Assembly (NCBI GenBank): GCA_002104905.1
Contig: MCFE01000362.1
Location: 1 to 64,000, forward strand
Direction of reading: 5' to 3'
DNA from: Basidiobolus meristosporus CBS 931.73
Taxonomy: Eukaryota > Fungi > Basidiobolomycota
DNA length: 64,000 nucleotides
The notes under the pieces are model-generated. The model was given only the letters and a program-made list of their open reading frames with translations, did not search any database and was not told where the DNA came from. This document shows, piece after piece, positions 22,438 through 35,071 of the stretch (positions within the stretch are counted from its first letter, which is position 1; every line of letters starts with the position of its first letter). The position numbers and the translations under genes are program-made.

Positions 22438-23365
22438 CTAAACTACAGTGACCAGTGACCAAATAATACCAAGAGCTGCTAGCGAGATGGAAGGAATCTT
22501 CACGCTGCCAATGTTTGCAGCAACTGTCACCGTTGAGTTAGGTTCATTGGCCGAGGGATGTGAAGCAACATTGTTTGGAACACCATCCTTGTACATGGGC
22601 CATTTGTTATTCAGACAGTCGGCGATGGTTTCGAATCTATACCCACTTGATCGAATGAAATCGATGATTGTGGAGGTTTTTTCAATGCTGAATCTGTGGA
22701 TGTCATGTTGGAGGGATATCCATGAATCGGACTGTGGATTCCCAGTCTTCAGTTGGCTTTTCACATTGAGGACAAGCTTCTCCTGATTTCCCGTTACATA
22801 CTGCCAGTCGTTGGAATCGACATTCCAGGTGATAATTCGCATATTCATTTCGTTCATGACTGCTTGACATGCAGGATTACAATCGCCATATGGTGGCCTC
22901 ATGTAAGCGGGCGCGGCGCCGATGATCCTTTTAACACTGGTCTCGGTGGCTATCATTTCTTCCTTGATCTGCTCTGGTGTGAGTGTATTCAGGGATCTGT
23001 GGGTGTTGGTGTGGGAAGCAATCTGATGCCCTTCCTCGTAGGCCTGCTTTAGAAACTTTCCCAAGGATACGTTGCTGGCTTGAATGCCGAGAACGAAAAA
23101 CGTCGCCTTGACGTCTTTCTCTCTAAGGATAGCGAGAAGACTCCCTGTATCTGGGCCTGGACCTACATCAACTACATATCAATAAGGAGCAGTGGAAATA
23201 CCATGAAAGATACGTACCATCATCAAAAGTAAGGCCAAACACCCCCGGCTTCTCGCATTTGGTAATAACTGCACTGCCGACATCCAGGGCAGTAGCATAG
23301 CCTGCAATGAATAAAGCAATAAAGATTTGCACGAGTAGGGCAACTGTTCTAGTCATGATGAACAT
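22438..23365 (-). CDS. Secreted, probably GPI-anchored CE4/NodB polysaccharide (chitin) deacetylase, 2 exons
   Basis: Signal peptide; TFDD|GP, ATFFVLG, ASHTNTH, RPPYG, DSNDW, LQHDIH; hydrophobic C-terminal tail. Confidence 0.93.
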
Positions 23366-23686
23366 TGTTTTCCAACAAACGGCGGTGTTTCGTCCTTTTA
23401 TCGACCGACAGCCACCGACTACTACATCTGCTTCCAGCTCCTAACAGACAGCAATGACTGATCGCTTCTTGATAGACGACAACTCCGATGTAGATCGGGG
23501 ATATATACGCACCCACCATGTTGATCCAACAAGTTCATTTATGGCATTCGAATTTCGCAGTTTACCGTAACCTGTGTTGGATTGACTGCTTTAATGAATT
23601 TCACTTGAAATCCGGATCAACAAGAAAAAAAATTTGCCAGATTATTTACTAAACAGAATCCGCGAGCGGATGGATCATCCGAAGCC

Positions 23687-24890
23687 ATGTCTGGAGCGAA
23701 GAGACCTTTCCAAACCAAGAGTACACAAAAGAAGAAGCGCGCCAAGAAGTACGCTTGCTCTAAAGTGAGGGGTCTTTGTATTAGTTGTTCGCTCCTGCGA
23801 CGTGCTAAAGGTGGTTTTGTTTTGAAGGAGAAGTATGCCAATCCTGGAAGCTTCCAAGTAGACCCCGGGGTATTCGGTTTCTTCGTAACTTGTCCACGCC
23901 ACAAAGAGAGGGCATGCGTGAGTGAGATGTACGCGGTGCTGAGTGAGGTACGACCTGGTTGGTGGTGTTTTCAAAAGAAGGAAGTGTTCATGTGTCGTAT
24001 ATTAGTACGCCGACAAGTTGTACCCCAGCGAGAGCCAAGAGATCGAAGAGAAGGAGGTGACTTCTGTTGAGGACGAAATTGCAAACGAACTTGCAGAAAT
24101 GAAAAAGACCGCTCATAAGGACAAGCGCTTTGCGAATCTGAATACCCAAGTTGACTGCGGTACTCCCTTGTTTCTCCTTTTAATAGCATATAGTTTAGGA
24201 CCGCCTACTGACGTCTATGCGTAGTTGTTTTCATCAAAACCAAGGAACCCATCGTTCCTACCGATCTTGCTGCCTACATTCTAAAGGACCTCAAAGAGAC
24301 TGGAGTCAAGAAAACTAGGTAGGAGGGGGGATGGAGCGAACTGTATAGGGCACTTAATTTAGCTCAACATTTCCCCAGGTTTGCACTGAGACTGATCCCA
24401 ATTTCGAACACCTGCTATGCAAACATGAGCGATATCGAGGCTGCCGCCAAGAAATTACTCGCACCACACTTTCATGGCGAGAATCAGGAGCCGGTCACTG
24501 TAAACCCGATTTTTTAACTGTTGACTTCGAGCTATAGCTCACCTTTTCCTCCCCAGTATGCAATTGTGCCCAAGATTCGCAACAACAGCAAGATTGATAG
24601 AGATGAGCTCATCAAATCAGTCGCCGGACTAGTTGGCGATAAACACAAAGTTAACCTCGAGAAACCCGACTTTGTGATTATCATCGAGATCTTCAAGGTA
24701 ATCGAGACTGCTGGGCCCCTCCAAACCACAGCATACTTACATCCTTCTATTTGTGTAGAGTATATGTGGAATAAGTGTTGTCAAGGACTACTATGAACTC
24801 AAGAAATTCAATCTTCAAGTTTTATTCGAGTCGCTCAAACAGCCCAAGGCCGTCGAGGACAAGGCTGTCGAGGCCTCTTCTGAGGCTTAA
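23687..24890 (+). CDS. TAN1: THUMP-domain tRNA acetylation adaptor Tan1/THUMPD1 (6 exons)
   Basis: PGVFGFFVTCPRHKERACVSEM, DEIANELAEMK, YAIVPKIRNNSKIDRDELIKSVA, HKVNLEKPDFVIIIEIFK, LKKFNLQ; GT-AG introns. Confidence 0.93.
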
Positions 24891-25223
24891 TCACCATGAA
24901 TAAAGATAGACAAGGCCGTGCTGGCCCCTTTCATACACTATTCGTCGCAGTCGCAGTCAGACACATACCCACGCCCCAAATTATGTGCAAATTCTATCCC
25001 CACAATGCCCCGGACTGATTTGGCTACACTCCCCAACCTCGTGTTTAAGCAGTGCTAGCAACTCAGGAATGGTTAACGTACCCAACACAACCCACCGTAA
25101 AATTTTTTCAACTAGTGGATTTCTTATTTGGGGGTCATATGACATGATCACTAAGTTGACTCGCCCTGCAAGTGCATCCCTTCGGTTCTCTTTCCTTGCA
25201 CGCAACATATCCAAATCATCAAC

Positions 25224-25628
25224 ATGAACTCTGCCTGTCGTATTGTTGCTCGTCGCGCCTACTCCACTCGCTCTTACATCCCTCCCAACCTTGCCAGCGC
25301 AGTCAGATCTGCTGGGCCCAAAGCTGAGACTGGTGATTTGTCTGGTTTAGTAGAATTTTATAAGAGAATTCCCAAGGGTGCCGCCGAGGCCGCAAAGCCC
25401 ACCAACTGGCTCGCCCGCTACCGTGCCAAATACTGGGAGGGTGACAACGCTTCCTTCACCCCCATCCTTCACGGCATGCTCTTGGTCGGCGGTCTCCACT
25501 ACGCTCTTGCTTACAAATTCCATCTTAGTAAGTCACCCCGGATATGTTTTGGACTCGCATGAATATGGAACTAAACGTGCCTATTTTCCCCCCTTACAGA
25601 GCATCACAAGAACGTTGAGCACCATTAG
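25224..25628 (+). CDS. ATP17: Mitochondrial ATP synthase subunit f (2 exons)
   Basis: YIPPNLAS, LVEFYKRIPKG, LARYRAKYWEGDNASFTPILH..GLHYALAYKFHL|KHHKNVEHH*. Confidence 0.93.
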
Positions 25629-26137
25629 CCCGAGGCTCCCCAACACAAACCGCCCCCGCCTGAATAAGTTTTCCTTTTAGAACTGGAACTGCCACGTTGT
25701 TTCCCTCTGAAGACTAGTTTGCTTATTTCTCCACGGTCGCTCATTACCCACCTTCTATCCCATATCATTTGACTTTTCCCCAGATGCATTGATTAAAATA
25801 CATACTTCCAAATGAACCTATGGTTGCTCTACATCGTGCCATACGGCCTCAACCCTCCTGGATCGCTCGCCTCGATCCAGAGTAACATTTCGATTCATCT
25901 GGATCGGTCAAATGGCTGGCAAGTTGAGATGTACCTTAGTTGGGGCTACAGTCATCATGAATCCACCTAGTCAAATGAAATAAGGGAGAGATTAGATTCT
26001 CGGTAGTATATTAACCCACCGATGTTTGTCCCAAGGCCCATACTATTCAGAAACCATCCCAACATCAAGTTTCTTTGCAGGTTAAACCTCACCAGGACCA
26101 TGGTTGCGTTGAACCACACGGCTGGTAATTCTTTCAG

Positions 26138-27535
26138 AGTGCTTCCACCCCACCGGCAATTCTTAACCCTTATCTTCTGGCTGAAGTCATTGCCGAAACC
26201 ACCGGCCATTCCCCCGACCTGAACGGGGCCTACCCGTTCAACCTGAAGGATAGTCAGCTCAGCCCGAACGATTTCCTGATCCAGTATCCACCAGGTTTGT
26301 GCCTGAAGGGGTGGGGGGTTGTGCGGTTTTTTCGGAGAGTTGACCATGTTACCAAATGCACCGATTTTAGGGGCGTACACTGCCTGTCGAACCTTGGGCC
26401 ACAACTCCATCGTGGAGTTTGACTCCCACATGACCCGTATCGCCAACTCCGTAAAGTACTATGATTTCAGCGAGGGCTCGGCATCCGAGCAGGCCCAAGA
26501 GCTCTCGGCCAAATTCCACCTTTTCAAGCATGTGGGTAGCGTTCGGAAGATCTTGGTTCCCATGATGAAGGGGGCTTTGCTCCGGTATTTCGAGCTCCTG
26601 GGCGAGAGCAAGGAGGAGGCGAAGATAACGCTCATCGTCTGTGCGAAGGTAAGGTGGTGGTTTGGGGAGAGGCCGAGGTTTCATTGAAGCGGGGATATAA
26701 ACACGTCTCTTTTCATCTTCCCGTAGGATGGTCACCCTTTCAGCGCGGTGCACGTCACCCGTTTGTCCGGGCCAAAATCCGGCAGATGCAAGGTAAACCC
26801 ATCTCCCAGCATTTCCCTGGAATTCGCTGAACTGATGCACTTCAGGTCGCGGTGCATGGCGAGCCCCGAAACTCGCCCAAGATCAAAGATTCCCAGTGGG
26901 TCAGGTTAGCCCTTCCATAGGAGATCCTCGGGTGGGATAATCTTTTATTGAACAAGGGGTAATTTAGAGATCGACAATCCATCGAAGACGAACTACCCAG
27001 CGATGTCAACGAGGCGCTTCTCTACGACTCCGCCACAGGACATGTGTACGAGGGGCTTAGCTCGAACTTCTTTGCGGTCGTCAAAGACCCTCAAAGCGGT
27101 GAACCAAAGGTGGTCACCGCTCCGGTGGAGCACGTCCTACTAGGCACCATCATGAAAATCGTGATCGCCACGTGCGAGAGAAACGGTATTCCGGTGGAGT
27201 TCACTTTCCCTAACCTAGGGGACCTACTGAGCTTCAGATGGGAAGGCGCTTTCATCACAAGTACGTATACGACCAACTCAACACTTGCACCATTGCCACC
27301 CACTGAAACCCCCGCCCCACCTTGCTTGCTAGGCACCTCCAGATTAGTCCTCCCTATTGAGACGGTGGAGTTTCCCGACGGAAGGTTAGTGCCCATCGTC
27401 TGCACACCAAGCTCGCAAACCTTGTGCTCACCCATTTCTAGCTCGTCAGTTCGTCTGGGCGACTGCCCCACGGTGGAGTTTCTTCGTCAGGAAGTGGAGA
27501 AGGAAATCTACACCAGATCCCATAGAATCATGTAA
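26138..27535 (+). CDS. Class IV aminotransferase-like (PLP-dependent) protein, multi-exon; 5' end not resolved
   Basis: PG|GAYTACRT..FDSHMTRIANS, IKDSQWV, NEALL, EGLSSNFFAV, VLLGTIMK, EGAFIT|STSRLVLPI; GT-AG introns. Confidence 0.8.
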
Positions 27536-27818
27536 ATCGATAGGAAACATCAAGTGTCAAATAAACCCTGAATTTGTTCATCTTAATCAAATCCCATCTA
27601 ACATCCCACACAACACAACACACCCTGAGGAGCATGATCCAAATGAATTCTATCCAATCGTCGATTGACAACCCGGGAACTTCCAACTCACCCTCGATCT
27701 CAGTGAAGCCATGTTGGGTCCGATCAACCATAACTACTTGTCACTGGTGTTGGAACAACCTTACCCTAGAAAAAGCTCCTTATTCCTCAGTGGTGAGCCT
27801 TTGAAAACAGCCTTCCTT

Positions 27819-27847
27819 CCACCACCACCACCACCACCACCACCACC
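27819..27847. repeat. (CCA)n microsatellite in the SEC66 5' region
   Basis: About 9.5 CCA units. Confidence 0.95.
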
Positions 27848-27877
27848 TAGCCAAACCACAGTACCAACAGAAACAGC

Positions 27878-28571
27878 ATGTCTTTCGTACTCGCCTCAGG
27901 ATACGTAGCCGGATGGGCGGTCATGTTCGGCACCTTCGTCGCCTGCTACCATCGCAGAAAGGCTTTGGGTAAATATACGTTGGCTTGCTCGTCTTCTCTG
28001 GGCCCGACCCAGGGTGCACCACAACCCCACTCACCAATTGCTTTATTCCCTAGCTAGAAACAAGTTGGACCCTTGGTTCCCAGAACACACCACCCGTAAC
28101 CACTACTACGCCCTCGTGGAGCTTAAGCCAGAGGCGGACGAGTTCCAGCTGAAGGCAGCCCTGCTGCGTCGTGCCATGACCGACGTGGAGAGGATCATGG
28201 AGCTTCAAAGCAGCAAAGGTCCCCTCCAACAGCTGGTCAAGACCGGTGCCATCGGGGAGGACGTGTGGAACCAGTTCGAGGCGGCCGAGAAGGACATGGA
28301 GGGCGAGCTCATGGAGGTAGTCAACGAGGCCAACACCTTTAAGGAGGGCTGGGGCCAACAGATCTTCCCCCAAGCTTCCGACATGGTGGCCCACGAGCGC
28401 CAGAAAGCGTTGCGCAAGGATCTTGACGAGCAGATGCAAGTGGAGCAAGAGGTGAGATTGCGCTTCGAGGCCAAGGACAAGATCCGCCGCGAGGAGGAGT
28501 CCAAAAAGGCGTACGAGGAGCTGCTGCGCGAGGAGTCCAAAGCTGCTGGTAAGATGAAGGCCAAGAACTGA
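27878..28571 (+). CDS. SEC66: Sec62/63 translocon subunit Sec66/Sec71 (2 exons)
   Basis: N-terminal transmembrane segment; PWFPEH, LKAALLRRAMTDVERI, GAIGEDVWNQF..AEKDMEGELMEVVNEANTFKEGWGQQIF. Confidence 0.92.
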
Positions 28572-29133
28572 TCTAACCTCACCTTCACCTTCACCCTCAC
28601 CCTACATCCCATCCCAATCTAATCTCGGCCCTCACACAGCCCCCTCTCCCCAACTGTAACCGCATCCGATATTCACTTAGCACCCAAATGCTTCGAAATC
28701 CCTTCAAAGTCTCTTATGCAATATATCTTGGACCCTTTGATTGTTGATGCTATCGCCACTTGGCCATCTCTTTTTTTACCTCCCCCCCCCAATAAACCAT
28801 GATCAATACGGACACGGATGATGCTGAGGGATTCACTTTACTTGGCGAGCAGGTGTGGTGTACATGACGAAGTGGGTGGCAATGGTGCAGGAGGAATACA
28901 TCTTTGTGGGATGGGGAGGCATTAGTGGGCTGATAATACGAGCGGGGGGATATATGAAAGTGATACAAAAATTACAATTACATAGATGTTGTGGAGAGTA
29001 ATGGCTTGTGTGCGTAGATGGATTAGTGAGAAGAGGGGGATTAATGATAGATAGTGGTGGGAGATTCGTGCGGTGAATTTTCGTATATAACATGGGAACT
29101 TTCGTTCGCAGTCTAGGTGAGGTGCTGTGACGA

Positions 29134-30608
29134 TCAGACCTTGACCGGTGGTTCGCCAAGCTCCTGCATGATTTGGACTAGGTTCAGACTGTTGACGCTT
29201 CCCTCATCGCGGGGGACAAGCTTGGGCTTGTTTGGGTTCTTGACCTAGGGACACAGGATCAGTTAATTGACTTTCTCACCGAGATGGCCGGACCTCCACG
29301 ATTACCTCTATAGTATTCAATCGGGTGGATGTCAAGCTGATCTTCAACGTCTCCGTAGAGTTGATTAACGCCTCGAAATTCTTGGCTTTTTCCGGATCAA
29401 CCTGGGATGCGTTTCGTCTTAACGACTGCGGTCGAGATACACCGTACGTAGAGAGAACTTACCGGTGACGGGCTAACCGATCTGGCCCTGTTGCATTCGG
29501 GGATCTGGAGACTCAGAGGGGAGGTGGCCGACTCGAGCGACTTTGAGATTTTCGTGGACTGCCGACCACTGAACAAAAAGTCCTCTATCGAGGAGCGAGG
29601 GGAGACGAAGCTGTTGGATATGGGGACTCCCTTCACACGGCTCCCCTTGAATCCCCCGAAAATCTTCGCAAATGCCCCACGATCCCGACCCCGGGCGGAC
29701 TCGTCCGAGCTTCTGGGGCTAATATCTTCCTCGCAATCGAAGTCAGACAAGCTATCGCTATCAACGGAAGAACCTGCGAAGATGGCCATCGATTAGCACT
29801 AGACGTCACATGTGAGTCCCTCGGCGCTAGCCAAACTTACTGCTTGATCTCTCGAACTTGGGCCCAAATCGTTCGGCCCTTCGGATCTATATGGAGGAGC
29901 TGGTGAGTACGGTGGATGCCTTCCAGGCCATTCGATCTGCCATTACCTCAAGACCGTCCACCAAACTTGACCGGGTGTAAATCCCACGAATCTCCTTGTT
30001 GGTCTTCACCGCCTCCTCAAACAGCTTGCTATCCACACACTCGACCTGGGAATTTCTGGCCAACAGCACCGCCTCCACAATCAGGAAGGTGGCGATATGC
30101 TCCATGATGCCGCACAGAAATGCTGCGGTCTTCGAGGTGATTAAAGCATGCCCTTTCGGGACGAATCCGCAACTTGTCCCCATGGTGTTGTAAATCGAGC
30201 ACTGGGCACGGGCTGTATCAACGATGGTGGACAAAGGGAGTTGCCCCTGGGGGAACTCGCGAGGGTCGCTCTTCAGGCTGGATTGGCTGAGGAAGCTCTC
30301 CCCGTTGGAAATCGCGTTCACCGCCAAAGAGCCTTGGGAACAGAGGCGACGAAGGGTGGCGGGGAGCGTTGTATAGGAAAGCTTGTTATCGGGGGAAGAT
30401 TTAACCAGCACGTAGAGCACCTCGTCTAGGAACACGTTGAGGAGTTGAATGGAGGTGCGGGACATTTTGAACGCGCCATATTTACTAGCTACCGCCCGGG
30501 CCGAACGAAACGAGACAAACACAAAGTCAGGAACTAAAATGGAACGGGTCAACACAGGAACGGATCAACCTCGCATCTCGAAATACCTTTCATCTGAGCT
30601 ACCGTCAT
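29134..30608 (-). CDS. Fungal protein with an N-terminal histone-fold-like region and a Ser-rich C-terminus (about 5 exons)
   Basis: LNVFLDEVLY, H2A/SOS-like AAFLCGIMEHIATFLIVEAV, FEALINSTETLKISLT, IMQELGEPP. Exons joined by GT-AG introns; inferred start MTVAQMK|VPDFVF. Confidence 0.75.
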
Positions 30609-31273
30609 GGTACCAAGGAATCACTTTACTGCTACTGAATCCAATTGTCCAATGTATTCAAGGCTAAACCCAGGAATATCGAAAGGCAGAATAATCCCCT
30701 GGCAAAATCAGCCGGCCACTCTTCTGGAGGTCCGTCTTTTAACAGGACCAAGCTGGGCATCACCTGATCGCATCTCAGGCTGAATATGGCGGCTGTCACA
30801 CGAGCATTTATGACCATGGCCTAATCGGGGACCCACGTTAATTGGTCCTACGATCCTCCCCATATGAAGGAAAGGTTGGGTGGGTTGATTGGAGACGGTG
30901 CTTGGGCTAAACATTTGTAAAACGAGAGCTGGATAACTGCGATGCACCACCCAAATTGCTTTCGTATGGGACACAAAGATTTGCTGGCGGTATCTCTGGT
31001 GTCGGATGCCAATACGGCTGGTGATTTGAAACCAAGCCATCTGTTCACAAAGGATGATCGTTTCAGTCGTGCTCGCCTTTTCTGGACATTCTAGGCACCA
31101 ACCAGTGTTGTTCAGGACGGAGCGATGGTGCTGCTCTGATATCTACAGCAGAAGAGGGGGCGTTCATTCGCTGATTGAAGTGGGTTCTTTATTACTCTTG
31201 GCCGAAATACAGCTGAATGTTGGGTGGTTTCAAAATAACCAGTTTTCAATAAATGTTGAATGCAATGCCATTG

Positions 31274-34206
31274 TCAAATTGGTTTGGTCTCAATTGCATC
31301 TTCCAGGATGCCGAACTCTTGCTTGATTTGCGAGATGTGTCGATCCCGTTTGGCCTGGACCACGGAGCGCTTGATCAATGGCTTCAGGGAAACAAATGCG
31401 GTCTACAAACGTACGCTTACTATGCATGTCCACAGATGAGGGGCGTACCAGGACTTACCTTTATCAGTTGATCTACTTGATATGTGCTGAAGGTCATTGA
31501 TTTGAGATAGCCGTACATGCTGGCGCTGGTTTGGCATTTGAGCAGTTTTTTCTCGTTGACCTTAAGTAGTGCGATTGCCACTCGGAAAAGGGTGATCATT
31601 CCCTGCAGGAAAAATATGTCCCATACTCGGAACAGCGTTTCCACCGGGAAACAATCCGTATAGATCGACAGAAACCAGCTGAATGTCACGGCACCAAGAT
31701 CTACCCCTAGCTTACGAAAGTGCTCGTGTAAGCGAGGGAGGATCTCTTTTACCAACTCCTTCAGAACGCGTTGATCCGCTTGGGATACCAATAGTTGTCC
31801 AGTGTAGTAGTCTGGCGGGAGAATATGCTCCAATATACACACAAGCGTCCAGAAAGCATCTTCTTCGTTGGATTGCGTTAGCAACAAGGTCGCGGCGATT
31901 AAGTTCATCCCTTGACAGTATCCAATGGAGGGATTGTGCCTACACGGGAAAGCTCGTTAGCCTAGGAAGAAGGCAGTCAGGGATTGGGAATCCTACCAGC
32001 TGTAGGCCACGAGTATCCTTCGCAGCTTTTCCACTCCATTTCCGTTTTCTCCGAAGAAAATGTTGTTGGGAAGCGTTCGATGTAGATCCTTATGATACGA
32101 AAGGGGGCAACGTTAGTGGGTCCGCTATCACCCAATTGCACAAAGGGATAAGAGGGTGGAGTGGGCAGTCCGATTGCGACATGACAAAAAACCAAATGCT
32201 TCGAGACATACCAGTTCGATTTGTCCCAAAAATACGGATTCTTGACCTTCGTGTCGAGCCAAGAGGGCAGAATAATATCCTGGCTCTTTACGTTCAAACG
32301 CACCAGAGCATTCTCCCCAGATTTTTGCTCTGTACACCGCTGGAATGCCACCACGAATCAACTTCTTGAATTCCTTGTATTCCACTTCCCCCATTCTAGC
32401 AAGGCACAGCCCTTCAACTATGACCGTTTCGCCATCATCGCTGATCTCCTTGGCCACTGCAGCTTTTCTTCGCTCGATGAAGATATCCCACTTGTCTTTT
32501 TGAGGAGCCTCGGGAATGTCTTGGGTGTCGATCAATTGAGAAAGTAGCACATGCGGGTTGTGCACAGAGTCTGAGCTTTGCGCAGCTCTGGCCGTTGGTA
32601 GAGTCGGTGAGGTCGAGGGAGAGTGAATGACAAGTCCCTTATTTCCGGTAGAGCTCGGTAGCGAAGAGTCGAAATAAAAGCCGTAACGGTCCGTGGGATA
32701 TGGTGCCTCCTGTCTAACGAGGGATAATTGGGAGTATCGGTTGATGGGTTTGAGTTCCAGAAGAGTGGCTTTGTCTTGGCCTTTTTGGGCGTTAACCACA
32801 GGTTTGATCACCGAGTCGCTCACTAATAGGCTTTGCTTCGCCTTAACATGATTCACCTCTGGTACGCTGGGTAACTCATCCATAGTGGTACGATCATCAA
32901 GCTCAAAATTATCAAGATAAACGGAGTTTCTAGATCTTACATTAAGTTCTCGACAAAACGCCGTTTCACTCCCCGGGAATGTGTTGAAGATGCTTGGTTT
33001 TCGCTTTTTTTCTCCATTGAGCAAGCCAATGGTCCAGCGAGCGATCAAATTGGATGTTCTTTTCGAGTAGAGCTTGTCAGATGAGCTGCCATCCACGCTT
33101 AGTAGTCTGGCTGCCAGCGTAATGGCCTTATAATGGAGGGGTTGTGGTACAGGTTCGAGGTTTGATGAGGTGAATATGTCTTCTAATGATAGTGCTTGGT
33201 TTGAGCAAGGGGCCTTGGCTTGCCAGTTGCCACTGCCTTCATCTACGGAAGAGGAATAGACATCAGGGAAAAGTGTTGATCTACTGCCGTTAGTACTAGG
33301 TTCTCGACACTCCTTGGGGTCTGGTAAACCATGTACTGCGCTATTGGTGTCCTCAGCTGCGTTTGGCGCTGTCTTTGATTTCCATTGAAGAAGGCCCACT
33401 GTCCATTTTTCTATGGACGCTCGAACTGGCATTTGAAATCGAGGAGAACGAAGTGGAGAGGGTAGACTGTTGGATTTTGAGGGGCTTTTGGTATATGTTA
33501 ATTGCGTAGAGGAGGCTGAAAGTGAGCTGGATCGACGAAAAGGCGTACCAGGGGCAGAGGAGGAAGGCTGCTTCTGAACAGTCTCGGCAGGGAGATTATG
33601 AGAATCCCCATCCGGAAACCAGTCAGAATCCGTATCTATCTCAGGATCTAGTGGCTTTTGAGTAGTAGGTACAAAAGGATGTTTGTGGAGATGCTTGTTA
33701 AGGTACGAGTCGCTGGTGGAATGCTTTAATCGGGACCACTCCTCTCGAATATTTTTAATCTCTGTTTCTTTTTCGGCGATCAGGTTATGTGCTCGACGGA
33801 GGTCTGAGCAGCAGGATTTAAGGATACGCCGAATCAGAGCCGGCGAGCTTGTGGCGACCAGTTTGTTGAGAGCTGCATCTGAGAGTAGATGGATGTTCGA
33901 GAAAGGCAGTTGAGAATCGATATCTGACTCTTCATCAAAACTGTGTAGATCTGAATCTTGAGTACTCACTGAGAAAGGTCGGCTGTATCTTTGCCCCTTG
34001 AAATCCACTGAGCCCGTATAACTGCAGCTATCGCTAATAGAATCGATGTCCAAGGGTCTATCGCTCTCGGTATCTGATTCGGATAATGGGTGTTTGTCGG
34101 TTGCCTTCGATAGCAGGCACGATAGAGGAGAGGTTAGCAAGTTGGTATTCCTCTCACAAGCCGTGACCACAGAATTCGTAGCAGTGCTCGTGCTCGAATT
34201 TGACAT
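31274..34206 (-). CDS. TBC-domain Rab GTPase-activating protein with a long low-complexity N-terminus (4 exons)
   Basis: DRYGF, FKKLIRGGIPAVYRAKIWGECSGA, QIEL|DLHRTLPNNIFF, AYSW|HNPSIGYCQGMNLIAA, EEDAFW, FRVWDIFFLQG. Confidence 0.93.
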
Positions 34207-35071
34207 TACTGTATTCTCGGATGGAGCGCTTTCACGGGATAACACAAGGCTGAATTTGAAGTGCGTTGGTTTGGAATTTCTTCAAAATATCCCCCTGAAG
34301 AAGTGGTGAAGCCAAGACACACCGGAAATGAAAGTGAGCAAGAATTTTTTGCGATATCAATGAGGTTGAAAGGAGATGGTGTGTATTTGTGCGTATCTAG
34401 TAGGAATACTAGAGAATGCGTATTAGAATGAAGACTTGTTAAGTATTAGAAATGAATAAGATGAGGCAAAACTGGAGTAGAAAAGTCAGAGAATCGACCG
34501 TCGATATTTGATACGGACGTAAACCAAAGTCGACTACAGATATTTAGCAGCAAGAAAGGCCAATGGAGGGCAAAGGGAGGTTAATTGTCCGATCTAAAAT
34601 GTATATAGTATATTCATGGCTCTCGGTCTTATCCCTAATGAATCGTTCCTGGGCGATTGAAGGACAATATGGCAATTTAGTAATGGGAGTAGGATTTTGG
34701 GTTCGACAAGCGTAAAGGTGTAAAAGAGGTATTCTAGGTGGGAAGTCCCTATTTTGTGAGCCCATCCAACGTGAGATAATTTGTTAATGCAGATTGCATT
34801 CATCCGCCTAATAACATCATTCCCAATCAAATAGATCACCCTGACCAGTTACCATTTGAAACGGAAAATACTCTGACTAGCTCACCCAATATCAACAATA
34901 AATCGATTGACTGTTCATTTAATTTACTGCGTATTCACCCATATTTATCAGTGGATGACAATACATATATATGCATTCAATCCCGCACTCAATCCCACGC
35001 TCAATTCAGATATAATTCTTGACCTTCGCTACTAGACAGCTGGTCGTTGCGAGTTCGCATTTATTTTGAAT

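Noticed and set aside
23063-23070. GTATCCTT (U12-like donor) in the deacetylase gene, and a similar hit near 33820 in the TBC gene
   Set aside because: Both fall in uninterrupted coding sequence with no U12 branch box or need for splicing.
25967-26840. Minus-strand ORFs of 159 and 157 aa
   Set aside because: Antisense to the spliced aminotransferase-like gene, which explains the sequence.
31054-31140. ATGATCG...CTGA as a possible C/D snoRNA
   Set aside because: Imperfect C box and no convincing terminal stem.
17500-34720. GGTTCGA T-loop-like hits (about 17520, 33152, 34700) as tRNAs
   Set aside because: No cloverleaf stems or A-box at the expected spacing.
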